Source: a virus
Taxonomy: Duplodnaviria > Caudoviricetes
Reading direction: 5' to 3' (one strand)
DNA: 25,533 nucleotides
Virus record (IMG/VR): IMGVR_UViG_3300049432_000034
Span: 1-25,533 of that record
Below the pieces are notes generated by a model. The model did not search any database. It was not told the DNA's origin and saw nothing but the letters and a program-made list of their open reading frames with translations. Both the position numbers and the translations under genes were made by a program. Positions within the stretch are counted from its first letter, which is position 1, and each line of letters begins with the position of its first letter. Of this stretch, positions 7,339-15,928 are shown piece after piece.

Positions 7339-8678
7339 CAGACCGCTTTCGTGGGACGTAGGTAGCCCTGCAGGCCACTCTTGGTGATGTTCATCTTGTG
7401 TGCCGGCCCCGGGTTCTGGGACAGGCAGGCAACCGCACCGCCGGCGTCACCCAGGACGATGGCAACGTGACCGTAACCGCCGCCCATGGCGGAACCCCAG
7501 CATGCAATATCGCCCACCTGGGGTGCCGCGCCCGCAGCAACCTGCCGGAACGCGCCGGACCCCGGCCCGTTGCCGAACCAGTCCTTGCCGTTGCCGTTGA
7601 TGCGGACCCCGAACACCTCGCTGGCATAGCGCATGGTCAAATCCACGCACTGGGCACCATAGGCCCCGTCATGGTCAATGGCCACGCCGTTGTACTTGGC
7701 CACAAACCGGTTCACCGCAGCAACCAGCCCGGATGATGCCGCGCCGCCGCCCGCACTGGATGCCGCAGTTGGCTTGGCCGCGCCGCCGGCGGTGCCCGTG
7801 CTGGTGCTGGTGTTTTCCGGCGGGATGACAGGGTCAATTGGCCTGACACAGTCCGCCGTCACCACGCCTGACACGGTCATTGGGAAACTGACGTTGACCA
7901 CAATCCACTTGCCGGCCATTGTGCCCACGTTGCCGCCCAAGTCCACCGTGTCCCCAGGGCGGATTTCGTCAGCGTCGGGGGACACCAGCCGGATTTGCAG
8001 GCGTTCCGCCGGGTTGCCGTTGGGGTCAAGGTCATAGCCGGGAAGCCCCTGCAGGCCCTCACTGTAGTCCGCCCAGTTGTTCCAGTAGAACGGCCAGTAA
8101 CGCCCGCCCCAGTCATTGGCCACCAGCCAAGACGGCTTGGCCATCACCATGGTGGCGCCGTACTCAAACAGCCAGCACCCAACGGCCTTGGCCACGGACG
8201 CCAGCACGTCCCAAGATGATTCCTTGTTATCGCCCTCAGAATCGGCGCGCACAATCGTGCGGGTGCCAAGCCCGGGCTGAACCACCGGGGTAAGCCCCAC
8301 AGCCCGGGCCATATCCCGCGCCCAGCCGGTCACGTCCCGGTCACCCCATGAGTAGCCGCCTGTCTGGTCCCGCAGCCGTTCCACAAAGATGCTGGGGCAC
8401 TTGACCGTGAGCTCAGGGCCGGCGGACCCGGATTTCAGGGAAATGGTCCGGGTAATCATGTTCCAGCCGCCATAGGCCACGGACGCGCCGGAAGCCAGCA
8501 GGCCGGAACGGAAGATTTCCAAATCCATGGTGTCCGTGAACGTCAGGGACAGTTCCGTGACCTGGGTGGTGGATGACCCAAAGGATGCCTTGCTGCAGGA
8601 CTCCACCAGGTCAGCTTCCAGTGTCTTGCCGGTAACGCTGATGGACTTGAGCCGGTTTTCATCCAGCGTGGCACCCAT
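7338..8678 (-). CDS. Baseplate hub (P2 gpD / Mu gp44-like) fused to a C-terminal CHAP peptidase, 446 aa
   Basis: ESSWDVLASVAKAVG and IRPGDTVDLGG...GKWIV hub motifs, an S/T/A/G linker, then AQCVDL...GDIACW...YGHVAIV...SQNP. Confidence 0.85.
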   Translation of the reverse strand: MGATLDENRLKSISVTGKTLEADLVESCSKASFGSSTTQVTELSLTFTDTMDLEIFRSGLLASGASVAYGGWNMITRTISLKSGSAGPELTVKCPSIFVERLRDQTGGYSWGDRDVTGWARDMARAVGLTPVVQPGLGTRTIVRADSEGDNKESSWDVLASVAKAVGCWLFEYGATMVMAKPSWLVANDWGGRYWPFYWNNWADYSEGLQGLPGYDLDPNGNPAERLQIRLVSPDADEIRPGDTVDLGGNVGTMAGKWIVVNVSFPMTVSGVVTADCVRPIDPVIPPENTSTSTGTAGGAAKPTAASSAGGGAASSGLVAAVNRFVAKYNGVAIDHDGAYGAQCVDLTMRYASEVFGVRINGNGKDWFGNGPGSGAFRQVAAGAAPQVGDIACWGSAMGGGYGHVAIVLGDAGGAVACLSQNPGPAHKMNITKSGLQGYLRPTKAV

Positions 8679-9340
8679 CAGCCCGGAATCCTAAAGACCT
8701 GGCCGGGGTAAATCCAGTGCGGGTTCTTGATGATGGCCGTGTTCATGTTGAAGATTTCCGGCCACCGCGGGCCACTGCCAAGGTAGCGCTGGGCAATGCC
8801 CCACAGGGTGTCACCGGACACCACGCGGTGCGTGCGGGTAGGTGCGGCCACCGGCTGGACCACCACGGGCACCTTGGGCACCGGGCGCGGCCTGATGGCG
8901 TTGGTGGTCACGTCAACCCATTCTTCAAGGGTCCAAGAAATCGTGGTGAATGAAGCGGTGTTGTCCAAGGCCCGCTGGGTGACGTTCACACCCAGGTCCT
9001 TGATAAGCCACCAACAGGGCTGTTCAAAGGGGCCACTGCCGCCGGTGAACCGGACCCGGACCCCGCGCGCGGCAATGTCCGTGAAGCGTTGCACGATGGG
9101 TTCAATGGATTGCTGGTAATCCAGGCTGGCCACGGTGTGCGTAAAGGACAGTTGCCGCAGCCCCGGGGACACCTGACGCGTCAGGGCCTTTTTGCCCTCA
9201 CGCGGGATGCTTCCAAAGTTCGGAATGTCCTTGTACGTGAAGCCCTTGGCGGTGGAATGCATGGACCCCTGGAACCCGTCAGCAGTGACAATGCGCATGG
9301 TCTGGCTGCGTTCCGGCTTGGCCACAAGGATGTTCACCAT
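8678..9340 (-). CDS. LysM-domain tail tube initiator / baseplate protein, 220 aa
   Basis: C-terminal HRVVSGDTLWGIAQRYLG...NPHWIYPGQVFRIP; canonical position after the tape measure in myoviruses. Confidence 0.85.
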   Translation of the reverse strand: MVNILVAKPERSQTMRIVTADGFQGSMHSTAKGFTYKDIPNFGSIPREGKKALTRQVSPGLRQLSFTHTVASLDYQQSIEPIVQRFTDIAARGVRVRFTGGSGPFEQPCWWLIKDLGVNVTQRALDNTASFTTISWTLEEWVDVTTNAIRPRPVPKVPVVVQPVAAPTRTHRVVSGDTLWGIAQRYLGSGPRWPEIFNMNTAIIKNPHWIYPGQVFRIPG

Positions 9341-9341
9341 G

Positions 9342-12300
9342 TCAGTAGTTCCGCCTGTTCATTTCGTCAAACACTTCCTCAACCGCTTCCTTGATGGCTT
9401 CAATGTCAGCCGGTGCCACGGCCACGCCGTTGCCGCCGGTCAGGTTGATGTTGACCTCAACGCGTTCCACGGTCATGGTGGACCCGCCGGCGGACGAACC
9501 GCCGCCCACTGCAGTGGACAGGGCGCGGGACGGGCCGGACCCTGCAGGGCGCCCGCCGCTGTACTCGTGGTTTAGGGCCATGAAGTTGCGCGGGCCGATG
9601 GCACGGACCAGTTCCGGCACGGCCACACCCTCACCGCGGGACAGTATGGCGGGGATGGTGTCCCTGCCCGGGGCATAGCCCGGGATGACCCCGCCGCCGG
9701 CGAACGTGGCGATACCGCCGCCGCTGTAGACCCCGCCGCCGCTGTTGGACGGCATGATGCCTTGGCCGTTTTCGTCCTTTTTGATGCCAAGTAGGTCCTG
9801 GATGCCACCCAGTGGGTTGTTCGCAAATTCACCCAGTTTGTCTATGGCGGTGCCGATGGCATCACCGATTCCCCGGAAAATTTCACCGATTTTGTCAGCT
9901 ATTGGCTTCAAGGTGTTGGTCCAAAATGAGATGAAGCCCTCAAATCCCTTGATCAGGTCATTGATGAAATCAGACACCCCGGAAATTGCCCCACCGATTA
10001 CGTCAGAGAACCACTTACCAACGGCATCCATGGCCGGCGACAGCACGCCGTTCCAGAAATCCACCAGCCCGTTGAAAGCCCCAACGAACAGGTCAATTAT
10101 GGGCTTGATGATGGATTCATAAATCCAGTTCAGCACGTCTGAGAACCACTGTCCTACTGCCTGCAGTGCCGGCAGAAAGGTCAGGTTCCACCAGTCCACG
10201 ATGGACCGGAAAGCATCAATCCAGAACGTGATGTACGGCAGGATGATGGTGTTGTAAATCCAGTTGAACACGTCCGTGAACCACTGGCCGATGGCCTGCA
10301 GCGCCGGCAGGAACGTGAGGTTCCACCAGTCCACCACCATGCGGAAAGCGGACACCCAGAAATCCACGGCGGGCTTGATGACGTTGTCATAAATCCAGGT
10401 GAAAACGGAACCGATGAAGTCAGCTACCCGCTGGAACCCGGCCACGATGTTGTCAATGACGGGCTTGAGTACGGATTCCCAGATGAACGTGAAAATGTCA
10501 GAGAACCACTGACCCACGGCCTGCAGGGCGGGCGAAAGCACGCCGTTCCACAGGTCAACCAGTTTCATCCACAGGGCCACGGCAATGGTGGTGAAGTTCC
10601 ACACAAGGCGTTGTATCCAATCGAACACGGCGGCGAAAACGTCACCTATGCCGCGGACGATGGGGGCCAGATTGTTGTTGTAGAAATCAACCAGCATGCC
10701 CCAGCCGTCAACGAAAAAGCCCACGAAATCCCGCAGCCAATTTCCGATATTCGTAAACACGTCTGAGAACCACTGACCCACGGCGGCTACCGCCGGCATC
10801 AGGGTGTTGTTCCACCAATCAACGATGCCAGACCAGCCATCAACGAAAAACTGGCCGATGCCCTGGAAAATTGGCACCAGGGTGCCGGTAATCCAGTCCA
10901 CAATGCCGTTCCACACATCAGAGAACCACTTACCAGCGGCCTGGAACGCCTCGCCTACCCACTTCATGGCGGCATCCACGCCGGCGCGGAACCAGTCCAC
11001 GTTGTTATAGGCCCAGACAAAGGCGCCCACCAGCAGCGCAATGATGCCGATAATCCAGCCAACAGGCCCCATGGCAATCAGCCATGATGCGGCCATTTTG
11101 GCGGCGTTGATGGTTGCCACGGTGGCCATCATGACCCAGCCGCCAATGATGGTCCAAGCGGCAAACACGGCGGCAACCTGGGCCTTGGCGGCGGCGCTCT
11201 GGGCAATCATCCAGGCAAGTTTCTGTTGCGCGGCGGATTTCAGGGCTTCAATGCCCAACTGGACCAGCCGCGGAATCAGCAGGGTCAGAATCAGGCCAGC
11301 AATGATGGTGATGGGTTCACGGAATTCCCACAGTTTGGTGATGAATTCCCCGCCCTTGTCCATGACTTCCTGCAGAGCGCCAGGCACCTTTAGGGCGGCG
11401 TCCCGGATGCCCAGGATTATGTCAACAGCCTTGCTGTCTTCCTCCCAGCCAAACGCCTTGTAAAGCATGCCGGTGTAGTCGCCCTTTGTCAGCAGGTCAT
11501 ACAGACCGATGGCACCCTCACGGATGCGGAACAGCAGATCAACAATCGGGCTGTCTTCCTCAACGTTGAACGCTTCACGGAACGCTGAACCAAAGTCACC
11601 CTTTACCAGCAGGTCATAAAGCCCCTGGATGGCCTTGGTGACCCAGTCGATGGCCACGCCAAGGCCCGTGGACAGGGCGGTGATGGCCCCGGTAGCCGCC
11701 GGCTTGATGGCATCCAGCGCCCGGACCAGACCGGAATTTACGGTGGCTTTCAGGCTGCCGATGGCACCCTCAAAGGTCTTTGTGGACTTGGCCGCTTCCA
11801 CAGCCACAGGGTCCGTGCCCAGCTTCAACAGGGCGGCGTTGAATTCGTCTGCGGTGATGGCACCCTTAGACATTTCATCCCGGAAATTACCAGAATAGGC
11901 ACCGGCCTGTTCCAGGGCTTTCATCAGGGGACCAGCGGCACCGGGGATGGCGTCAGAAAGCTGGTTCCAGTTTTCCGTGGTCAGCTTCCCTTGGCCGGCG
12001 GTCTGGGTCATGACCATGGCCACGGAACCGAACGTGTCAGCGCTACCGCCGGCGACGGCGTTTAGGTTACCCGCCGCCTTGGTCAGTTCGGCATAGTCCT
12101 TGACACCGTTGGAAGCCAACTGGGCAAGCATGTTCTGGATGGTGGGCAGGTCATAAACGGTCTGGTCAGCGTAGGACTGGGCGGCTTTGGCCGCAGCGTC
12201 AATGCCGGATGTGTCCACCCCGGCAAACTGCATGGTGGACTTGAATTTGTTGGTGGCATCACTGGCCCGGGTGGCTTCCGAAATCAGTTGTCCGAACCCC

Positions 12301-12824
12301 ACGGCGGCAATGGCGGTGCCAATGCCGGCCAGGGCACCCTTGAATCCACCAGAGAACCCGCTACCGCCCCGGGTGCCGGCTTCCTCACCCGCCTGTTCGG
12401 ATGTGCGGATGAACTTACCGTTTTGGTCCCTCAGGCGCCCATTTATGTCCCGGTAGGTGGAATCCACGGCGGCAGTGATGCCGGGGGTAGCGCCCCGGAT
12501 GGTCCGCTGGACATTTTCCATGGCCCTGGATGCGCCGCCGGTCAGCGCGGCGTCCAGTTCCCGGCCCGCCCTGCCCGCCTGGGACGCCATGGAACCGGTG
12601 GCTTGGGCAAATGCCTTATCCATCTTGTCCGTGGCCGTAGAAACGCCCGCAGTGGAACCGGAAATCTGGGCCATGGCCTTGCCAACAGCGTCAGCCTGCC
12701 TACTGCCGGCCTTGTTTACCCGGTCAGCGGTGGATTCCACCTTTTTGGCCATGGCATCAAGGGGCGCCGTGAGTTGGTCCCGGGCTTCAACGGATAAGAC
12801 AACCCGTTCTTCTGTGGTACTCAC
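9342..12824 (-). CDS. Tape measure protein, 1160 aa
   Basis: Long Ala/Gly-rich helical protein with a tape-measure N-terminal domain (YADQTVYDL...GKLTTENWNQL) and periodic Trp/Phe repeats; GAAAGG RBS and GTG start. Confidence 0.95.
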   Translation of the reverse strand: MSTTEERVVLSVEARDQLTAPLDAMAKKVESTADRVNKAGSRQADAVGKAMAQISGSTAGVSTATDKMDKAFAQATGSMASQAGRAGRELDAALTGGASRAMENVQRTIRGATPGITAAVDSTYRDINGRLRDQNGKFIRTSEQAGEEAGTRGGSGFSGGFKGALAGIGTAIAAVGFGQLISEATRASDATNKFKSTMQFAGVDTSGIDAAAKAAQSYADQTVYDLPTIQNMLAQLASNGVKDYAELTKAAGNLNAVAGGSADTFGSVAMVMTQTAGQGKLTTENWNQLSDAIPGAAGPLMKALEQAGAYSGNFRDEMSKGAITADEFNAALLKLGTDPVAVEAAKSTKTFEGAIGSLKATVNSGLVRALDAIKPAATGAITALSTGLGVAIDWVTKAIQGLYDLLVKGDFGSAFREAFNVEEDSPIVDLLFRIREGAIGLYDLLTKGDYTGMLYKAFGWEEDSKAVDIILGIRDAALKVPGALQEVMDKGGEFITKLWEFREPITIIAGLILTLLIPRLVQLGIEALKSAAQQKLAWMIAQSAAAKAQVAAVFAAWTIIGGWVMMATVATINAAKMAASWLIAMGPVGWIIGIIALLVGAFVWAYNNVDWFRAGVDAAMKWVGEAFQAAGKWFSDVWNGIVDWITGTLVPIFQGIGQFFVDGWSGIVDWWNNTLMPAVAAVGQWFSDVFTNIGNWLRDFVGFFVDGWGMLVDFYNNNLAPIVRGIGDVFAAVFDWIQRLVWNFTTIAVALWMKLVDLWNGVLSPALQAVGQWFSDIFTFIWESVLKPVIDNIVAGFQRVADFIGSVFTWIYDNVIKPAVDFWVSAFRMVVDWWNLTFLPALQAIGQWFTDVFNWIYNTIILPYITFWIDAFRSIVDWWNLTFLPALQAVGQWFSDVLNWIYESIIKPIIDLFVGAFNGLVDFWNGVLSPAMDAVGKWFSDVIGGAISGVSDFINDLIKGFEGFISFWTNTLKPIADKIGEIFRGIGDAIGTAIDKLGEFANNPLGGIQDLLGIKKDENGQGIMPSNSGGGVYSGGGIATFAGGGVIPGYAPGRDTIPAILSRGEGVAVPELVRAIGPRNFMALNHEYSGGRPAGSGPSRALSTAVGGGSSAGGSTMTVERVEVNINLTGGNGVAVAPADIEAIKEAVEEVFDEMNRRNY
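9950..11010 (-). repeat. Approximately 40-aa aromatic repeats in the tape measure (approximate bounds)
   Basis: Recurring ..DWWN..LxPAxQAVGQWFSDV; DNA echo GAGAACCACT recurs near 10005, 10141, 10501, 10765 and 10921. Confidence 0.8.
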
Positions 12825-12843
12825 GGCGCCCCTTTCTGACTAG

Positions 12844-13029
12844 CTATTTCTTGTTTCGTTCGTTCCTAGCCGTGGCGATAACTTCCGCAGCCGCTCTGCG
12901 CACTGCCTGGTTGTGAGGGTCTGAATCCCGCAGGATAATCACCGGGTCTATGCCCAGGATTTCTGCCTGCAGGGCCATGGCCTTGAACCAATCGCTATCC
13001 CCTAAATAATCGGCTAGGGCTTCTGAGGG
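12844..13029 (-). CDS. -1 frame extension of the tail assembly chaperone (G-T-like fusion, about 238 aa total)
   Basis: Not in the ORF track. The -1 frame reads PSEALADYLGDSDWFKAMALQAEILGIDPVIILRDSDPHNQAVRRAAAEVIATARNERNKK* and fills the gap to the tape measure. Confidence 0.7.
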   Translation of the reverse strand, partial: PSEALADYLGDSDWFKAMALQAEILGIDPVIILRDSDPHNQAVRRAAAEVIATARNERNKK

Positions 13030-13559
13030 TCCACCGGCACGAGGTCCGCACCGTAGCCCGCTTCAAGGTAGAGCGCGCCGCCCATGGACAACGTCTGACC
13101 GTCACCCAGGAACTTGCGTACTGCATAGATGGCGTCAATGTCGCCAAACATGGTGATGAACGCCCGGGAACCCAGCAAAATGTCTTCACCCTTTTCATCG
13201 GTCAGCACGTCGCCGTTCCAGATGATGGCCACGTTGCGTTCAATGAGGGGCTGGGCGGCGGCAATGATGGGGTCCGCATCCTCAGGGCGCTTGCGCTTGC
13301 CCTGTGCGTTTTTCTGGTACCGCTTCACATCGTCAGATTCGATGTTGGTATCGAACTTGAGCTGCCAGCCCGGGCGCCCCTCAACGTCATAGGTGCGGAA
13401 TTCGGTAATGTCGCGCTGGGCTTCCTTGCGCAGAACATCCAGCGGGGAATCCCGGTGTGCCGCCGGCGACGGTGCCGGGGCCTGTGCCACGGGTGCGGGC
13501 GCGGCGGGGGCCACTGCCTGTGCCGGTGCGCCGAAATCGTATGCGGGGGTTTCAGTCAT
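13014..13559 (-). CDS. Tail assembly chaperone, 181 aa
   Basis: Lies between tube and tape measure; ends VDPQKP with an overlapping -1 ORF. Confidence 0.85.
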   Translation of the reverse strand: MTETPAYDFGAPAQAVAPAAPAPVAQAPAPSPAAHRDSPLDVLRKEAQRDITEFRTYDVEGRPGWQLKFDTNIESDDVKRYQKNAQGKRKRPEDADPIIAAAQPLIERNVAIIWNGDVLTDEKGEDILLGSRAFITMFGDIDAIYAVRKFLGDGQTLSMGGALYLEAGYGADLVPVDPQKP

Positions 13560-13611
13560 GGTCTGTTGTCCGTTCAGTCCTGTTGCCTGCCGGCCTGATG
13601 CCGGGAAGCGG

Positions 13612-13663
13612 TAACCCCAGAATCACCCAAACCGTTAAATGGGTGTGGGACGGGGCGCGTGTC
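13612..13663 (-). promoter_or_regulatory. Putative late promoter copy P4 (chaperone / tape measure operon)
   Basis: Minus strand: GACA-CGCGCC-CCGTCCCACA-N19-GATTCT-GGGGTT-A. Confidence 0.7.
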
Positions 13664-13705
13664 CAGAACGGACAGAACAGAACACACACCCCGCCCCACG
13701 TTTTA

Positions 13706-13742
13706 ACTCGTGCGTGCCAGGAACGGACTGGCACGCACGAGT
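13706..13742 (-). terminator. Hairpin after the tail tube gene (terminator or 3' stabiliser)
   Basis: Perfect 15-bp stem ACTCGTGCGTGCCAG / CTGGCACGCACGAGT with a 7-nt loop, 3 nt after the tube stop. Poor U-tract. Confidence 0.7.
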
Positions 13743-13745
13743 GGC

Positions 13746-14153
13746 CTAAACAGCGCCGGTGGTGGCGAACTTCACCGTCATCTGGGACGTGTCAGAGCTC
13801 GACGCGTCAGAATCCGGGTCATTCACACCCAGCAGCAGGCAATCCGAATAGGTCATGGGCTTGCCAACCTTGTTGTAGTTGGCATCCGTGGCCTGCTTCA
13901 TGATGGTGTACCGGCCACGGCCAACCTCGCGCCGCAGCTTTTCAAGGATGGCCAAGTCACGCACCGGGTCAAAGGTGCGGCTGATTTCCAGGTCTTCCGC
14001 CGTGGGGACGCCACCCAGCAGGTCCGGCACGTCACTGCCGCCGTCATAGTCCCGGGTAACGTCCGCAGAAAGCGAACCACCGGAAGACGTGGACCATGTG
14101 CCCGGGAAGCCGGAAATCGTCACCAGAAATTGGCGCTTTGTTGCTTTGCTCAT
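13746..14153 (-). CDS. Tail tube protein, 135 aa
   Basis: Follows the sheath; beta-rich with SGGSLSADV, EISRTFD and D-S-D-A-S-S-S-D motifs typical of T4 gp19-like tubes. Confidence 0.8.
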   Translation of the reverse strand: MSKATKRQFLVTISGFPGTWSTSSGGSLSADVTRDYDGGSDVPDLLGGVPTAEDLEISRTFDPVRDLAILEKLRREVGRGRYTIMKQATDANYNKVGKPMTYSDCLLLGVNDPDSDASSSDTSQMTVKFATTGAV

Positions 14154-14172
14154 TGTTCTACAGCCTTTCTGG

Positions 14173-15618
14173 TTAGACGGAAGCCGTCAGGGCTACCTTG
14201 ATGATTTCCGCCTTGATAAGCGCGGCTACCGGGGCCATGCGGACGCTGATGGATACCAGCACCTCATTGTTGGCCATGGACGTGGCAGTGTTGATGGACT
14301 GATCAACCGTGACCTTGTAGCCCGGGTCAATCTGGTCCCCGTCACGGAACAGCGGGAAGAACCCGCCGGCCACCTGGATGGGGTCAATGACGCCGGTCAC
14401 CGCAGCTTCAATGCGGGACAGCAGGAAGCCCTTGGCGTCAATCGTGGTGAACACGAATTCTTCAAGCGCTTCCTCAACCTTGAAGCCAAGGTTGTTCAAG
14501 GTGTCCTGGGCGGACAGCAGGCCCAAGTTTTCCGTGTCCGTGGACAGGGAAGCCCAGCCGTACAGGCGCGGCTTGCCACCAATGGTGGTGATGCCGTTCA
14601 ACTGGGATTCTGCCAGCGTGTTGTTCTGCAGGCGGTCCACGATGCGAACCGTGCCCACAATCCAGCGCGGAAGCGAACGGGAACCGGCGGGAACCTGCCA
14701 GAAACCGTTGGCAAGGTGCGCCCGGGAACGGACGGCGCCCACAAAGGCTTCCGGGGACAGGGTCCGTGTGCCGGAACCGTCCGGGATGACAATGTGCGGG
14801 TAGAACATGCCAGCAAAGGAACCATCAGCCCCAATGAGGTTTTCCGCATCAAGTGCGGCCTGTTCCGGGGTTGCGCCCTCAGCGGGGGACAGCAGGGCAA
14901 TCTTGCCTGTTGCCTTGGCGTGCGCAATCAGCAGGGTGCCAATGGTGCTTGCCGGGTAGCCCGGTGCCGCCACAGCGCCGCCGCGGGTGTTTGCGCTGGG
15001 GTTGTCCAGTGCCGCCGCCACAACAGCCGCGGTGATGGCCGCGCGGTCATCACTGCCGGCGGAAAGTGCGGTGGGGGCCAGGGTCTTGGGCTGGTTGCCC
15101 GGGGCTGCAGTGACGGAACCCAGGTCAGTCACATCAATGTACGTGTTGGACGATGCCGCCGCCACGAGGTCACCGGGGGTGACAAGGTCGCGGAACAGGC
15201 CCACCAGGACGCCATCCTTGCGGACGGTCACGGTGTACTTGCCAGCACCCTGGACCACTTCCACGGTCACGCTGGACGAATGCGCCCCCGGGTCAGAACC
15301 CTGGATGCGGACGGTGTTTACATCCGCCGTGTCCTTGAGAACCAGGAACCCTGTGGTGGCTGCGGGGCCAACGGCACGGGCAACTACCAGTTCGCTGCCG
15401 CCCTCTTCAAAGAATGTGCGGGCGGAATCGTAGACGTTGGAAGCATAGGGGGTGCGGACACCGTAGATGCTTTCAAACTGGGCAATGGACTTCACCAGTT
15501 CGGCGCGGTCAATCGGGCCACGTTCGGTCAGGCCAGCAATGTGCAGCCGCCCCGAAATCGGGCCAGGGTTGGACGGGCCGGAACGTAGTGAGGTGGTGAC
15601 CTCAACACCAATAGCCAT
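14173..15618 (-). CDS. Contractile tail sheath protein, 481 aa
   Basis: AGLTERGP...FESIYG...FFEEGG, YPHI...PEAFVGA, PAG, LNGI...LYG, NT...NNEV motifs of phage sheath proteins. Confidence 0.95.
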   Translation of the reverse strand: MAIGVEVTTSLRSGPSNPGPISGRLHIAGLTERGPIDRAELVKSIAQFESIYGVRTPYASNVYDSARTFFEEGGSELVVARAVGPAATTGFLVLKDTADVNTVRIQGSDPGAHSSSVTVEVVQGAGKYTVTVRKDGVLVGLFRDLVTPGDLVAAASSNTYIDVTDLGSVTAAPGNQPKTLAPTALSAGSDDRAAITAAVVAAALDNPSANTRGGAVAAPGYPASTIGTLLIAHAKATGKIALLSPAEGATPEQAALDAENLIGADGSFAGMFYPHIVIPDGSGTRTLSPEAFVGAVRSRAHLANGFWQVPAGSRSLPRWIVGTVRIVDRLQNNTLAESQLNGITTIGGKPRLYGWASLSTDTENLGLLSAQDTLNNLGFKVEEALEEFVFTTIDAKGFLLSRIEAAVTGVIDPIQVAGGFFPLFRDGDQIDPGYKVTVDQSINTATSMANNEVLVSISVRMAPVAALIKAEIIKVALTASV

Positions 15619-15622
15619 GGTT

Positions 15623-15871
15623 TTACTCTCCTGTCTCAGAACCGTTGCCGGATGCGGTCACGGTGTTGGTTTTGCGGGTTTTGGGGCTTGCCGTGACCGA
15701 TGCGGGGAACGGTTCCTTGGGCCTTTCCAGCAGCCTGCCGGAAGCAATCAAGGATTCCGTCAGGGCATCAGGAACAACCTGGCCAGCGGTGTTGCCGGCA
15801 AGGGAATGCCCCTCTTGGTCGATGACCACCTCAAACTGACTTGGGTTATGCACCCGTACTGGTTTGCTCAT
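15623..15871 (-). CDS. Small virion-associated hypothetical protein upstream of the sheath, 82 aa
   Basis: Fills the gap, ends 4 nt before the sheath ATG, and its ATG coincides with the predicted start site of P3. Confidence 0.7.
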   Translation of the reverse strand: MSKPVRVHNPSQFEVVIDQEGHSLAGNTAGQVVPDALTESLIASGRLLERPKEPFPASVTASPKTRKTNTVTASGNGSETGE

Positions 15872-15922
15872 GCCTATAGGTTCATTTCTCTGGGCGGTTT
15901 CTTGGGGGACGGGGTCCGTGTC
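15871..15922 (-). promoter_or_regulatory. Putative late promoter copy P3 (leaderless, sheath / tube operon)
   Basis: Minus strand: GACA-CGGACC-CCGTCCCCCA-N19-GAACCT-ATAGGC-ATG. Confidence 0.7.
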
Positions 15923-15928
15923 GGTTGG

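Noticed and set aside
7350-7359. ACGTCCCACG near-match to the late-promoter box at the end of the hub gene
   Set aside because: Two mismatches and no NANNNT at the 19-nt spacing; explained by the codons for RPT.
9950-11010. Periodic DNA repeats as a CRISPR-like array or DGR template
   Set aside because: They are degenerate in-frame coding repeats of the tape measure, with no unique spacers, cas genes or reverse transcriptase.
12995-13198. 67-aa minus-strand ORF in the +1 frame as the chaperone frameshift partner
   Set aside because: It stops about 6 codons past the chaperone stop. The -1 frame is the one that spans the gap.
14089-15588. 499-aa plus-strand ORF opposite the sheath (similarly 18093-19397, 3634-4638, 16081-17106, 22126-22983)
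   Set aside because: Antisense shadows of well-supported minus-strand genes, expected from high-GC codon bias; no recognisable motifs.
6934-15618. Tail genes as an eCIS, tailocin or T6SS-like contractile system
   Set aside because: A complete head module (portal, protease/scaffold, capsid, neck) is contiguous, so this is a phage or prophage.
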